A stretch of DNA of 64,000 bases from an uncultured Bacteroidota bacterium (GTDB lineage Bacteria; Bacteroidota; Bacteroidia; Chitinophagales; LD1), in NCBI GenBank assembly GCA_903919075.1, contig CAIXGR010000082.1, forward strand, positions 2,778-66,777. Direction: 5' to 3'. Made by a program: the position numbers and the translations under genes. Shown piece after piece: positions 28,377 to 37,538 of this stretch. The stretch's first letter is position 1, and the number at the start of each line of letters is the position of its first letter. The notes beneath the pieces were generated by a model, which was not told the DNA's origin, searched no databases, and saw nothing but the letters and a program-made list of their open reading frames with translations.

Positions 28377-28467
28377 AGCGTTAAGTTTAATTAGACGGTG
28401 CAAATAACCAAAAAATCGGCCGCTTTGCAAGCCTCAACTTTTCTACCTTTGCAGCAAAATTTTAAAC

Positions 28468-28818
28468 ATGGGTTTAATAGCAGTTGAAGGAATGCAGTTT
28501 TATTCGCATCATGGTTACCATAAAGAAGAACAAATATTGGGCGGCAAGTTTATAGTAGATATTTACATGCAGGTAAATATTACTGAAGCTGCCGAAACCG
28601 ACAGGCTTGATAAAACTATTAACTACGAAGATGTATACCAGCTTATTAAAACCGAGATGGAACAACGCGCCAAATTAATTGAGCACGTTTGTAAGCGAAT
28701 TGTAAACACGCTAAAAATGCGTTACGATAATATACAGCATCTTAAAGTAAGAGTAAGCAAACACAACCCGCCTTTAAAAGGCAATGTTGAAAGGGTATTT
28801 GTAGAGTTGGAAGAGTAG
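28468..28818 (+). CDS. folB: Dihydroneopterin aldolase
   Basis: 116 aa. The pattern GMQFYSHHGYHKEEQILGGKFIVD...DKTINYEDVY...IEHV is typical of FolB. Confidence 0.85.
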   Translation: MGLIAVEGMQFYSHHGYHKEEQILGGKFIVDIYMQVNITEAAETDRLDKTINYEDVYQLIKTEMEQRAKLIEHVCKRIVNTLKMRYDNIQHLKVRVSKHNPPLKGNVERVFVELEE

Positions 28819-28835
28819 TTTTGGGTAATCAATAA

Positions 28836-30707
28836 CTACCAAGATATTGTTACCTGCCCGTTTCCTGATTGAACGCCACCAACAAAGGTTAGATTGGTCA
28901 TAGTGCCCGATGCCCACGATGAGCCACCACCGCCGCTTCCCCCTGCACAACAGCCCGAAGCAGCGCCGCCACCGCCATAATAACCGCCGCCACCACCGCC
29001 GGCTCCGTTGTAATTGCAATTGCAACTGGTATTGTCAATACCGTAATCGCCACCCTGTCCCTGGGTGCCTGCATTGCCCGCATTACCGTAGCTGCCACTG
29101 CCGCCCCCGGCACCGCCGCTGGTTAAGCCACCACCGCCGCCGCTGCCTCCCCATCCACCTCCCGCATTGCCGGTAGCTCCGCCTATAGTGCATGTTCCGC
29201 CGCTACCAGCAGAGGCCCCACCACCGGGGTAATAGCCACCGCCGCCGCCACCTGCTCCGTTAGCACATTGAAGGCCACCGCCACCGGTACCGGTAGTAGT
29301 GTTGTTACTTCCACTACCATTATTACCACCACCACCACCACCACCTGCAACAATTATCCAGTTAATTAAATTAGTTCCGCCCATGCGTACGTCCGACATT
29401 CCACCACCGGTGGAATTGCTTTCGCCTGCACCGCCGCCGTTGTATCCATTTTGTCCGCCAACATAAATGTATAAAAGCTGGCCCGGAAGAACAGCCAATG
29501 TACCGGTAGCCGACCCACCCAAGCCGCCATTACCAAACTGACTGTTGCCCTGTGCCCCATACGCAGCAATAGTTATTGATGATGCACCGCATGGCACCGT
29601 AAATGTTTGTAGCGAGCCGCTATAATTAAATACCTGCGAGCTGGATGTATAGCATGTGTTGGTAGCTGTAATACAATTAGCATTGCTGGTACCAGCACAA
29701 TTGCCTGCTGTAACGCATACTTTACCGTTGCCTGCGCCAAATGTTACAGTAATAGAGTCAGTTCCCTGCCCCGAAGTAATTGATGCATCAGATGGAACAG
29801 TCCAAGTATAATTGGTGGCTTCGGTTACCGGTGCTATAGAATATGAAATGCCACTTTGGTTGCTGTTGAAGGTTGTTGCACCGGTAATGTTGCCCGGTGT
29901 ATTTGGGGGTACAGCCATAGCAATAGGCAGGCTGCTGGCACTACTTGAACCGCAGGTATTATTAGCGGTTACAGCTACATTGCCCGGTGTGGTTGAAAAA
30001 TTTACCAAGGCTGATGTTGTTCCCTGCCCCGCTGTAACAATAGAGCCGGATGGAACAGACCATGTATATGAAGTGGCACCATTAACCGCCGGAACCGAAT
30101 ACGCCTGTGCCGTTGAATTAGCGCATGGGTACGGGTTACCCGAAATTACATCGGGCGTGGAGGGAATGCTGTTAATGGTTACCGGTAAGGTACTTGCACT
30201 GCTGCTGCCGCAACTGTTATTGGCAACCACTGTTATATTACCGGGGCTTGCTCCAAAATTAACGGTAATAGAATTGGTGCCCTGTCCGGCTATAATAGTG
30301 GCATCCGATGGGGCTGTCCAGGTATAAGTATTGGCATCAAGTATTAACCCTACCGAGTAAGTTACACTGGGCGCATCTGCACAGGGATTATTGCTACCGG
30401 TAATGCTACCCGGTGTAGAAGGCGCACCATTGCACAAACACGATACTGTTTGCCAGCTTCCGAAGCCGTATACTTCAATACATTTAGTAGTAGTATCGTA
30501 AATTTGCAGCCCCAATGCCGGGTTGCTAATAGCGTTTCTTTTCGCCTGGCTAATACGCGGCAATAAAAAACCTTTATTGGTGGAGCTAATATCCAACATG
30601 GCCGAAGGATCGGGCAGGCTGCCGGTGGCACTAAGGCTTACACCACCCACCTGACAAAAAGCTATTGAACTGATAAACATTAAGAAAATCGTAAAAAGCT
30701 TGGTCAT
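28836..30707 (-). CDS. Secreted protein: conserved N-terminal module, three PKD-like repeats, and an ALK/LTK-type glycine-rich C-terminal domain
   Basis: Signal MTKLFTIFLMFISSIAFC. Three repeats of ~85 aa occupy aa 96-349 (nt 29661-30422), each with the pattern ...YTW[TS][AV]PS...GQGT.S....F....GN..V.A.N.CG.S. C-terminal aa 356-623 read FNYSGSLQTFTVPCGASSITIAAYGAQGN...GGLGGSATG...PGQLLYIYVGG, followed by poly-Gly tracts and ending SGNGQVTISW. Confidence 0.75.
   Translation of the reverse strand: MTKLFTIFLMFISSIAFCQVGGVSLSATGSLPDPSAMLDISSTNKGFLLPRISQAKRNAISNPALGLQIYDTTTKCIEVYGFGSWQTVSCLCNGAPSTPGSITGSNNPCADAPSVTYSVGLILDANTYTWTAPSDATIIAGQGTNSITVNFGASPGNITVVANNSCGSSSASTLPVTINSIPSTPDVISGNPYPCANSTAQAYSVPAVNGATSYTWSVPSGSIVTAGQGTTSALVNFSTTPGNVAVTANNTCGSSSASSLPIAMAVPPNTPGNITGATTFNSNQSGISYSIAPVTEATNYTWTVPSDASITSGQGTDSITVTFGAGNGKVCVTAGNCAGTSNANCITATNTCYTSSSQVFNYSGSLQTFTVPCGASSITIAAYGAQGNSQFGNGGLGGSATGTLAVLPGQLLYIYVGGQNGYNGGGAGESNSTGGGMSDVRMGGTNLINWIIVAGGGGGGGNNGSGSNNTTTGTGGGGLQCANGAGGGGGGYYPGGGASAGSGGTCTIGGATGNAGGGWGGSGGGGGLTSGGAGGGSGSYGNAGNAGTQGQGGDYGIDNTSCNCNYNGAGGGGGGYYGGGGAASGCCAGGSGGGGSSWASGTMTNLTFVGGVQSGNGQVTISW
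29325..29345 (-). repeat. Perfect (GGT)7 trinucleotide repeat encoding Gly455-Gly461
   Basis: The plus strand reads (ACC)7 at 29325-29345. Position verified against the ORF frame. Confidence 0.8.
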
Positions 30708-30764
30708 ATATTAAGTTTATAATTAATTATATATAAGTCTCCCCTTTAGGAGAGATTTAGAGGG

Positions 30765-32465
30765 TTACCAAGTCAAAATAACTTTTCCATTACCACTTTG
30801 AGTTCCTGAATTATTGGTTTGGTTAGTGCCGCCATTGTATGAACCACCGCCACCGCCACCGTCGCCGTAGGTGGTGCAACTTCCATATGAGCTACCTCCA
30901 CCACCACTATACCCTCCGCCACCACCACCACCATGGTAATACGAATTTCCACCACCACCATATCCACCGGTTCCAATACCGGCAGGATTAGATTGAATGG
31001 TGTTCCAACCATTGCCGGCATAATTTCCTGTACCATTTCCGCCACCACATCCACCGGCATAACATCCCTTGCTTTGCGAACCGCATCCACCGGTTTGTCC
31101 GGGGTATCCGTTAGCATCATAGTTGCCATCATCAATAAGTGCCCCACCTCCGCCACCGCCTGCGGCAATTAATAAACTTGGGCCCGATAAATAAACGAAT
31201 GAACCCCCACCGCCCCCAGAGCCACCATTATACAAGTTGTTGCCATCGGTTACTCCTGCTGCGCCAACAATAATATTTAGCACCTGCCCCGGTGTAACAG
31301 CAAACGTTCCTGTTATATCTGCACCAAGGCCACCGCTTGAACTTGGATGATCGCCGCCCTGAGCACCGGCTGCTTCTATAGTAAGATTAGTTACGCAGGC
31401 CGGCACTACAAAGGTTTGCAAGTTTCCGGTATAATTAAATGTTTGAGGCGATGAGATTAAAGTAATGGGTAATGAAATAGACGAGCTGTTGCCGCAAGCA
31501 TTACCCGCCGTAACCAATATGTTGCCCGAAGTGCCACCAAAGTTTATAGTTGCAGAACGTGTGCCCTGTCCTGAAATAACTGTTGCACCAGAAGGTACAG
31601 ACCATGTATAAGTAGTAGCCCCTGCAACTGAATCAGTAGTATAAACCCCTATGGCATTAGCACAAGCTGTAGAAGACCCTGAAATCGAGTCAGGCGCCGA
31701 AGGAATTACATTAACACTAACAACAGTAGTACCTTGTGCCGAATTGCAGCCCGATACGCTAGCTATTACATTATAGTTACCTGCCTGGTTAGGTTGCACA
31801 TTACCAATAACCGGATTTTGCGAATTGTCCGAGAAGTTATTGGGGCCCGACCATGTATAACTTGCCCCAACTATTGAGCTTGAAGTAAGATATAAAGTTT
31901 GTCCCGAGCATGGATTGTTATTACCTGCTGTTGGTGTTTGTGGAATAGTATTAACTGTAGCCACCGTGCTTTGTGCCTGTGTAGTACAGCCATTTAAAGT
32001 AGCCTGCACTGAATATGAACCACTGGCACCGGCGGTGGCGTTAGGAATAGAAGGGTTTTGGGTAGTATCGTTAAACCCATTAGGGCCTGTCCAATGATAA
32101 CTGGCTCCTAAAATAATAGTAGATGTTAGGTTTAAGGTTTGCCCCTCACAAATAGGGCCGTTATTGCCGGGCACAGGATTGCCAAAATCGCAATCGCCAC
32201 AAATTTGTTTCCAGGTAGCGCCCAGCCATAAATTAATACAGTTGGTGCTGGTATTTAAAATCAATAAACCAAAATCAGGCGCAATGATTGAATCGCGCTG
32301 CGCCTGTGTAAGCCGAGGCATTAAAAAACCCTTGTTCTTAAAGTTAATGTCCAAAGCAGCCGAAGCTGCCGGCGGTGCTCCGTTAGGGCTAAGACTCATG
32401 CCCCCAACCTGACAAAATGTTGAAGCGCTTACTAGTATCAATAAAAAGGTAAAAAGCTTATTCAT
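30765..32465 (-). CDS. Secreted paralog: same N-terminal module, two Ig-like (C..G..L.L...Y.W.GPN.F) repeats, one PKD-like repeat, glycine-rich C-terminal domain
   Basis: Signal MNKLFTFLLILVSASTFC. The N-terminal module aligns with the neighbour (CQVGG[VM]SLS...LDI...NKGFL.PR..QA.R). The C-terminus reads FNYTGNLQTFVVPACVTNLTIEAAGAQGG...GGLGADITG...PGQVLNIIVG, followed by poly-Gly and ending SGNGKVILTW. Confidence 0.75.
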   Translation of the reverse strand: MNKLFTFLLILVSASTFCQVGGMSLSPNGAPPAASAALDINFKNKGFLMPRLTQAQRDSIIAPDFGLLILNTSTNCINLWLGATWKQICGDCDFGNPVPGNNGPICEGQTLNLTSTIILGASYHWTGPNGFNDTTQNPSIPNATAGASGSYSVQATLNGCTTQAQSTVATVNTIPQTPTAGNNNPCSGQTLYLTSSSIVGASYTWSGPNNFSDNSQNPVIGNVQPNQAGNYNVIASVSGCNSAQGTTVVSVNVIPSAPDSISGSSTACANAIGVYTTDSVAGATTYTWSVPSGATVISGQGTRSATINFGGTSGNILVTAGNACGNSSSISLPITLISSPQTFNYTGNLQTFVVPACVTNLTIEAAGAQGGDHPSSSGGLGADITGTFAVTPGQVLNIIVGAAGVTDGNNLYNGGSGGGGGSFVYLSGPSLLIAAGGGGGGALIDDGNYDANGYPGQTGGCGSQSKGCYAGGCGGGNGTGNYAGNGWNTIQSNPAGIGTGGYGGGGNSYYHGGGGGGGYSGGGGSSYGSCTTYGDGGGGGGSYNGGTNQTNNSGTQSGNGKVILTW

Positions 32466-32606
32466 GCAGTAAATTTAGTGTTATTAGAGGGGTGGAAATA
32501 TCCTGTGTTTCCGAAGGTAAATGTAATAAACTATGCAGGAATATTATAACAGCTGTAAAGCCTAATAATATAGGTGAGAAGGAGAGGAAAAATGGATAGA
32601 GGGCGG

Positions 32607-33377
32607 CTAAAAAATCCTCTTTATAATTTTCAACTGGTGCGTATATTTTTTTTGCCCTTCGTTATAAATTCCAAAATGGTCTATCTTATCAATGCGCACT
32701 TTGCCCGAGGCATGGATAATTTTGTGGTCTTTAAGTATAATTCCTGTGTGTACAATTTTTCCTTCGGCATTGGCAAAAAAAGCCAGGTCGCCGGGCACAG
32801 CTTCTTCAATAAAATTTACAACCGAACCCTGCTCGGCTTGCTGGTAAGCATCCCGGTGAAGTTTGATGCCAATAAACTTGAAAACAATTTGAGTAAAGCC
32901 CGAACAATCAATACCAAAGGGCGAGCGGCCACCCCACAAATAAGGCACATTAAGATAACGTACCGCAATCCGGTCGAATAGAGTAAGGTTTTGCGCATCG
33001 GCTTGCAGTGCCTGACCGTTATAAATAAATTTTTCTTTCAAAATTTTAAAATTCATGCCGTCAAAAAAAGGCAGGCTGCTACCGGCTACTATGGGTATTG
33101 AAATAGCGCTTGATGTTACACTATACACCAGTTCAAGCGCCAAACCGGGCTGGTTGTTAGTAATATTTAAAAAATCTTTTTCGGTTACAGGGCAATGCTG
33201 TATTTCGTCTATCCAGCCTTCGTAGCCATCATAGCTGCATTTTACAAAAAGCCATCCGTTTTGTTCCTGTTTTACTTCGTAAGTTTCTCCAAAAAGCAGT
33301 TGCGAAACCTGCTCGCTTTTATGCGAGGGCTGGTTTCTTAACGGAATGATGCTTAAATTAGTAATCCCAAAATTCAT
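32607..33377 (-). CDS. C40 (NlpC/P60) peptidase with N-terminal SH3b-like domain
   Basis: YLWGGRSPFGIDCSGFTQIVFKFIGIKLHRDAYQQ (catalytic Cys) and a later HTGIIL (His). The N-terminal IIPLRNQPSHKSEQVSQLLFGETYEV is SH3b-like. Confidence 0.85.
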   Translation of the reverse strand: MNFGITNLSIIPLRNQPSHKSEQVSQLLFGETYEVKQEQNGWLFVKCSYDGYEGWIDEIQHCPVTEKDFLNITNNQPGLALELVYSVTSSAISIPIVAGSSLPFFDGMNFKILKEKFIYNGQALQADAQNLTLFDRIAVRYLNVPYLWGGRSPFGIDCSGFTQIVFKFIGIKLHRDAYQQAEQGSVVNFIEEAVPGDLAFFANAEGKIVHTGIILKDHKIIHASGKVRIDKIDHFGIYNEGQKKYTHQLKIIKRIF

Positions 33378-33754
33378 ATAATCGAATATAACAGCTATTA
33401 ACTGGCAGGGTTTATGATATGATATTCATATGTCAACACCATGTTGTTAATTGCTTTTTTAAAACGAGTTGAAACTGTCGGGTTTTTTGATTTGTTTTAA
33501 CCAACGTTAGGGCATTAAATAGCGTCTTTATATTTATGTTGTAAATGCCATCAAAATCAATAATTTGGACGTTTTTTGACCAGCAAGAACAACTGGTGGT
33601 AAAAAGTAACCAAAAATGCAGTGTAAAAACTGAATTAAATTATTGATTTAGAGAAGAAACTTAATCGGGATATTTGCGTATATACAAATTGAAATTGGTG
33701 TATTAAACAAATTGAAGTTGTCAATCAGCAGGCAACTTAACAGTAAGACAGAGT

Positions 33755-34813
33755 ATGAAATTTTTTTTACGCAGAGTGTTTATTGTTTTTGGTGCTTTAA
33801 TGTGCTTATCGGGGTTACGTGCCCAGGATGTGCACTTTTCGCAATATAATGCATCTCCGTTATTGTTAAACCCTTCTTTGGCAGGTTTAAGCGAAGGCGA
33901 TTACCGCGCTTATTTAAATTACAGAATGCAGTGGATGGCATTGCAAGGAGGAACCGCCTACCGCACCATTGCCGGAGGTGGAGATATTGCAGTGGGCAAA
34001 ATAACCAAGTACAATAGTTTTGCAGGTATAGGGCTTACATTTTATTCCGATCAATCGGGTGCAATTAATTTAAGTAATAACCGGTTAAGCTTATCATTTG
34101 CTTACCATTTTATGCTTGATAGAAAGGGAACCCAACAACTATCAGCAGGCTTAGAAGGCTCATTTTATTACAGCAGTATTAATCCCTCTCTAGCAACTTT
34201 CGATTCTCAATACGACTTTAATACCGGAACATTTAACCCCAGCGGAACCAGAGAAACTTTTGGAAGAACCGGTGTAATATATGGCGATGCAGGTTTGGGA
34301 ATTCTGTATAATGCTGTGTATAAAAACGGAATTAATTTTTACACCGGCTTTAGTTTAGATCATGTTAATCAACCCAATATTTCCTTCGAGCCCAGCGGGC
34401 AGGATGCAAGCGGTGGCGCAGGCAAAAAATTATATATTAAAGAAACACTTCACGGAGGGCTTTCTTTTCCAATAGGTAACCGCCTTTCAATTATGCCTAA
34501 TTACTTGTTATTGATACAAGGCCCTACCCAGGAATTTGATTTAGGCTGTAGTTTTAAAACTGTTTTGGGTAACGATGCAAGAAGAAGCACTACTGCGTTT
34601 CATGTAGGGGTGCAATACAGAGGCGTGTTAGATGCCATAATCATTAATACCCGTTTAGATATAAAAGGCTTTACCTGTGGTTTAAGTTACGATGTAAATA
34701 TTTCAAAACTTCTACCTGCCTCACACTCCGTAGGCGCACCCGAAATTGCTTTAACTTATCATGGCTTTTCACGCAAAAAACCACGCCCTGGTTTTTGTCC
34801 GGTAATGTTTTAA
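33755..34813 (+). CDS. T9SS PorP/SprF-family outer-membrane protein
   Basis: Signal peptide, then the hallmark QDVHFSQYNASPLLLNPSLAG motif. About 350 aa of beta-barrel-like sequence. Confidence 0.8.
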   Translation: MKFFLRRVFIVFGALMCLSGLRAQDVHFSQYNASPLLLNPSLAGLSEGDYRAYLNYRMQWMALQGGTAYRTIAGGGDIAVGKITKYNSFAGIGLTFYSDQSGAINLSNNRLSLSFAYHFMLDRKGTQQLSAGLEGSFYYSSINPSLATFDSQYDFNTGTFNPSGTRETFGRTGVIYGDAGLGILYNAVYKNGINFYTGFSLDHVNQPNISFEPSGQDASGGAGKKLYIKETLHGGLSFPIGNRLSIMPNYLLLIQGPTQEFDLGCSFKTVLGNDARRSTTAFHVGVQYRGVLDAIIINTRLDIKGFTCGLSYDVNISKLLPASHSVGAPEIALTYHGFSRKKPRPGFCPVMF

Positions 34814-34860
34814 TAAAAATATTTTTCTTAATTCCTGATTCCAGGCTCTTGTTTCTTATT

Positions 34861-35841
34861 CTACTTCCTCAGCATCCAAATACTTGAATCTTCAGATTGG
34901 GCAATCTGCAATGCTGCCGTCGCATTGTTTAAATCAGTACCAGCAGCATAGCCTATGCGTGTAAGGCGGTTTGACTTTTCAATCAAAATAACCGAAGCAG
35001 GGAACTTTTTTAATAAACGCTCTTTAGCGGCTTCAATGTTTTTATTTTCTACAAACGCACCTATAATTATATAATAGCCGTGTGCGTTAGTTTGTACCGA
35101 TGCAGGAATATTTTCATTGGTTTTTGGTAGCTGGGTTGCAACAGTTGTTTGGCTTTTTATACTAGTGTCAACCACTGTAACAGGTGCTACTGCCACTTCA
35201 ACCGGTATAGGCTTCATTTCAGGCTCGCTGTTAATGTGCGTAATGAAATTAAATACACATGCTTCGTTTAAATTCAGTGGCTTTATTTCAACACCTGCCC
35301 ACATTAACCTGGCAAGTGTGGCTATTGAAGCTATAAGAAAAATAGTGGCTGCAATTTTCCAAAAGTTTCTGTTTACAGGCATTTTCCGCACCACCGGTTC
35401 ATGTGTAACCGTTTTCTTTTCCCTATAAATAGGTATTGCGGTTATAGTTTTTAATCCGTACGACGACTTTAGATAGTTTACTGCGTTATCAGGAATAAAC
35501 TGCAGGCTTTCTTCGTTATCCAGAAAAAACTTTCCAATGTTTCGCAATATTAATTCGTCATTGCTGCGCAGCAGGCTTTTTGATGAGTTGCTCCATGTAG
35601 TAACTATATCAAGCGCTCTGTCAAACGTAACGTTGTTAGCCGCCGAAATATAATTAACCAGCAAACCATCATTTACTTGCAGGTTTACATTAAAAGAAAT
35701 TGCTTTAGAAGGAGGGGAGATGGTATTGAATTTTCTATCAATCTGCGCTGGTTGGTAATTGCATATAAAGCCACCAAAACCGGGTATAATTACGCAGTCA
35801 TGCTCATACAATAAATCGCTTATATAACCCGAAATATCCAT
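34861..35841 (-). CDS. HU-CCDC81-like domain protein with C-terminal SPOR domain
   Basis: Contains IPGFGGFICNYQPAQID...ISPPSKAISFN, a central TM segment, and C-terminal YYIIIGAFVENKNIEAAKERL (SPOR-like). Preferred start is ATG 35841. Confidence 0.7.
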   Translation of the reverse strand: MDISGYISDLLYEHDCVIIPGFGGFICNYQPAQIDRKFNTISPPSKAISFNVNLQVNDGLLVNYISAANNVTFDRALDIVTTWSNSSKSLLRSNDELILRNIGKFFLDNEESLQFIPDNAVNYLKSSYGLKTITAIPIYREKKTVTHEPVVRKMPVNRNFWKIAATIFLIASIATLARLMWAGVEIKPLNLNEACVFNFITHINSEPEMKPIPVEVAVAPVTVVDTSIKSQTTVATQLPKTNENIPASVQTNAHGYYIIIGAFVENKNIEAAKERLLKKFPASVILIEKSNRLTRIGYAAGTDLNNATAALQIAQSEDSSIWMLRK

Positions 35842-35925
35842 TACTACTGTGGCAGATAATTGAAGCGCCAAAAATAATTTTTTTAATGGTATTAAAAGAA
35901 TGAGAATTAAAAAGATTGTTGAGAA

Positions 35926-37015
35926 TTACACTTTTTGTGTAGAGGCCAACAAATATGCTTTTATAAAATCATCAAGGCCGCCATCCAATACCGCTTGTGG
36001 ATTCGAGGTTTCATAACCCGAGCGATTATCTTTTACTAGCTTATAAGGGTGCAACACGTAGTTACGTATCTGCGAACCCCATTCATTCTTTCTCTTAGTG
36101 CCTTCTAATTTATCACGCTCTTCATTTCGCTTCTGTATTTCAATTTCGTAAAGCTTCGACTTTAGCATTTGCAAAGCACGGTCACGGTTATCATGTTGTG
36201 ATCTCGTAATTTGGCACACCACGGTAATACCAGTAGGAATGTGCTTTAAACGCACTGCCGTTTCAACCTTATTTACATTTTGCCCACCCGCACCACTCGA
36301 ACGAAAAGTATCCCATTCCAATTCCGAAGGCGGTATATTAATTACAATAGTATCATCTGCTAAAGGATACACAAAAACAGAAGCAAATGAAGTTTGCCTT
36401 TTTCCCTGCGCATTAAATGGCGAAATGCGCACCAACCGGTGAACGCCATTTTCGCCTTTTAAATTACCGTATACAAATTCGCCATCAATTTCAAGCGTTA
36501 CCGAGCGTATACCTGCCACATCATCATCAGTTCTTTCAGCCTCGGTAACTTTATAGCCATGGTTTTCGGCCCACATCACATACATGCGCATTAACATGGC
36601 CGCCCAGTCGCAACTCTCGGTGCCACCGGCGCCTGCGTTAATTTCAAGCACCGCGCTTAGCTGGTCTTCATGTCCGGTTAAGGTTGAGCGAAACTCTAGG
36701 TCTTCGGCCAAATTCATGGCTTTGTTGTAAGCCTCTTTCAAATCAGCTTCTGTGGCGTCGCCAGCCTCAAAAAACTCACGCATTACTACAGTATCTTCAT
36801 AAGCTTTCCAGGCCTCATCAAAAGCGGTAAGCCAAACTTTATTGATTTTTATTTCCTTTAAAAGGTCCTCGGCTTTTTTGGGGTTATTCCAAAAGTCGGG
36901 GTGTGCGGTGGTGTATTCGTCCTGTTGTGCTTTAAGTTTCCGGTTATCTATGTCAAAGAAACCTCCTCAGGGCAACTAAACGGCTCTTTATATCGTTAAT
37001 GTTCTCGCTTGTCAT
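35926..37015 (-). CDS. prfB: Peptide chain release factor 2, requires +1 programmed frameshift
   Basis: Frame 0 runs from ATG 37015 ([20 protein letters not shown]) to TGA at 36955-36953. The +1 frame continues [32 protein letters not shown]... into the track ORF 35926..36783, which carries the [16 protein letters not shown] (GGQ) motif. Confidence 0.9.
36952..36967 (-). promoter_or_regulatory. prfB +1 frameshift cassette: SD-like AGGAGG, 3-nt spacer, CTT TGA C
   Basis: The minus strand reads AGGAGG-TTT-CTT-TGA-C (plus strand cctcct at 36962-36967, gtcaaag at 36952-36958). The frame was verified against the downstream ORF coordinates. Confidence 0.9.
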
Positions 37016-37068
37016 AATAAAAATTGAGGAGCGAAGATAAGAAGGGAAAGGAGAAAGACAAGTTGTGC

Positions 37069-37449
37069 TTAATTATAAATCTCCTCATCCGGCTCATTAA
37101 AAAAAGCATCCTTTATATGGTAAATTTTCATTTTATCATTATGATGCACTATAGAAACAATATCGAAGCGAACGGGAGATTCAAGCTTGTTTTGTGAAAG
37201 ATATTCTTCTGCCGCACGCATTATCTTTTTTCTTTTCTTCTTGTCTACCGATTCCTCAGGATAACCGAAGTAATCAGTGCTTCGGGTTTTTACCTCAGTA
37301 AATACTACCAAGTCGTTTTCTTTCGATATAATGTCTATCTCGGCTTTACCATGCCTGTAATTTTGTAGTAATACCTGGTGCCCGTGTTGTTGAAGAAACT
37401 CAACGGCAGCTAACTCGCCTTTCTTTCCCAATTCGTTATGTTCGGCCAT
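37069..37449 (-). CDS. YraN-family endonuclease (UPF0102)
   Basis: ELGKKGELAAVEFLQQHGHQVLLQNYRHGKAEIDIISKENDLVVFTEVKTR, a restriction-endonuclease-like core. Preferred start is ATG 37449. Confidence 0.75.
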   Translation of the reverse strand: MAEHNELGKKGELAAVEFLQQHGHQVLLQNYRHGKAEIDIISKENDLVVFTEVKTRSTDYFGYPEESVDKKKRKKIMRAAEEYLSQNKLESPVRFDIVSIVHHNDKMKIYHIKDAFFNEPDEEIYN

Positions 37450-37538
37450 ATTGAAAATGGTTTTATACAGCAATAAAAACGCATTGTTTTCAAAAAATTA
37501 TGTGTTCGCGTACTTTTTCGAAAAATTTTACAATCCGC

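Noticed and set aside
28774-31172. Many long ORFs in alternative frames and on the plus strand across the glycine-rich genes (for example 28774..29025-, 28898..29113-, 28910..29176+, 29812..30327+, 30773..31168-, 30933..31172+).
   Set aside because: They are shadows of the (GGN)n coding tracts, which deplete stop codons in all frames. Their products are low-complexity Arg/Pro/His/Ala/Val strings with no start context. The minus-strand frames with signal peptides and domain repeats explain the region.
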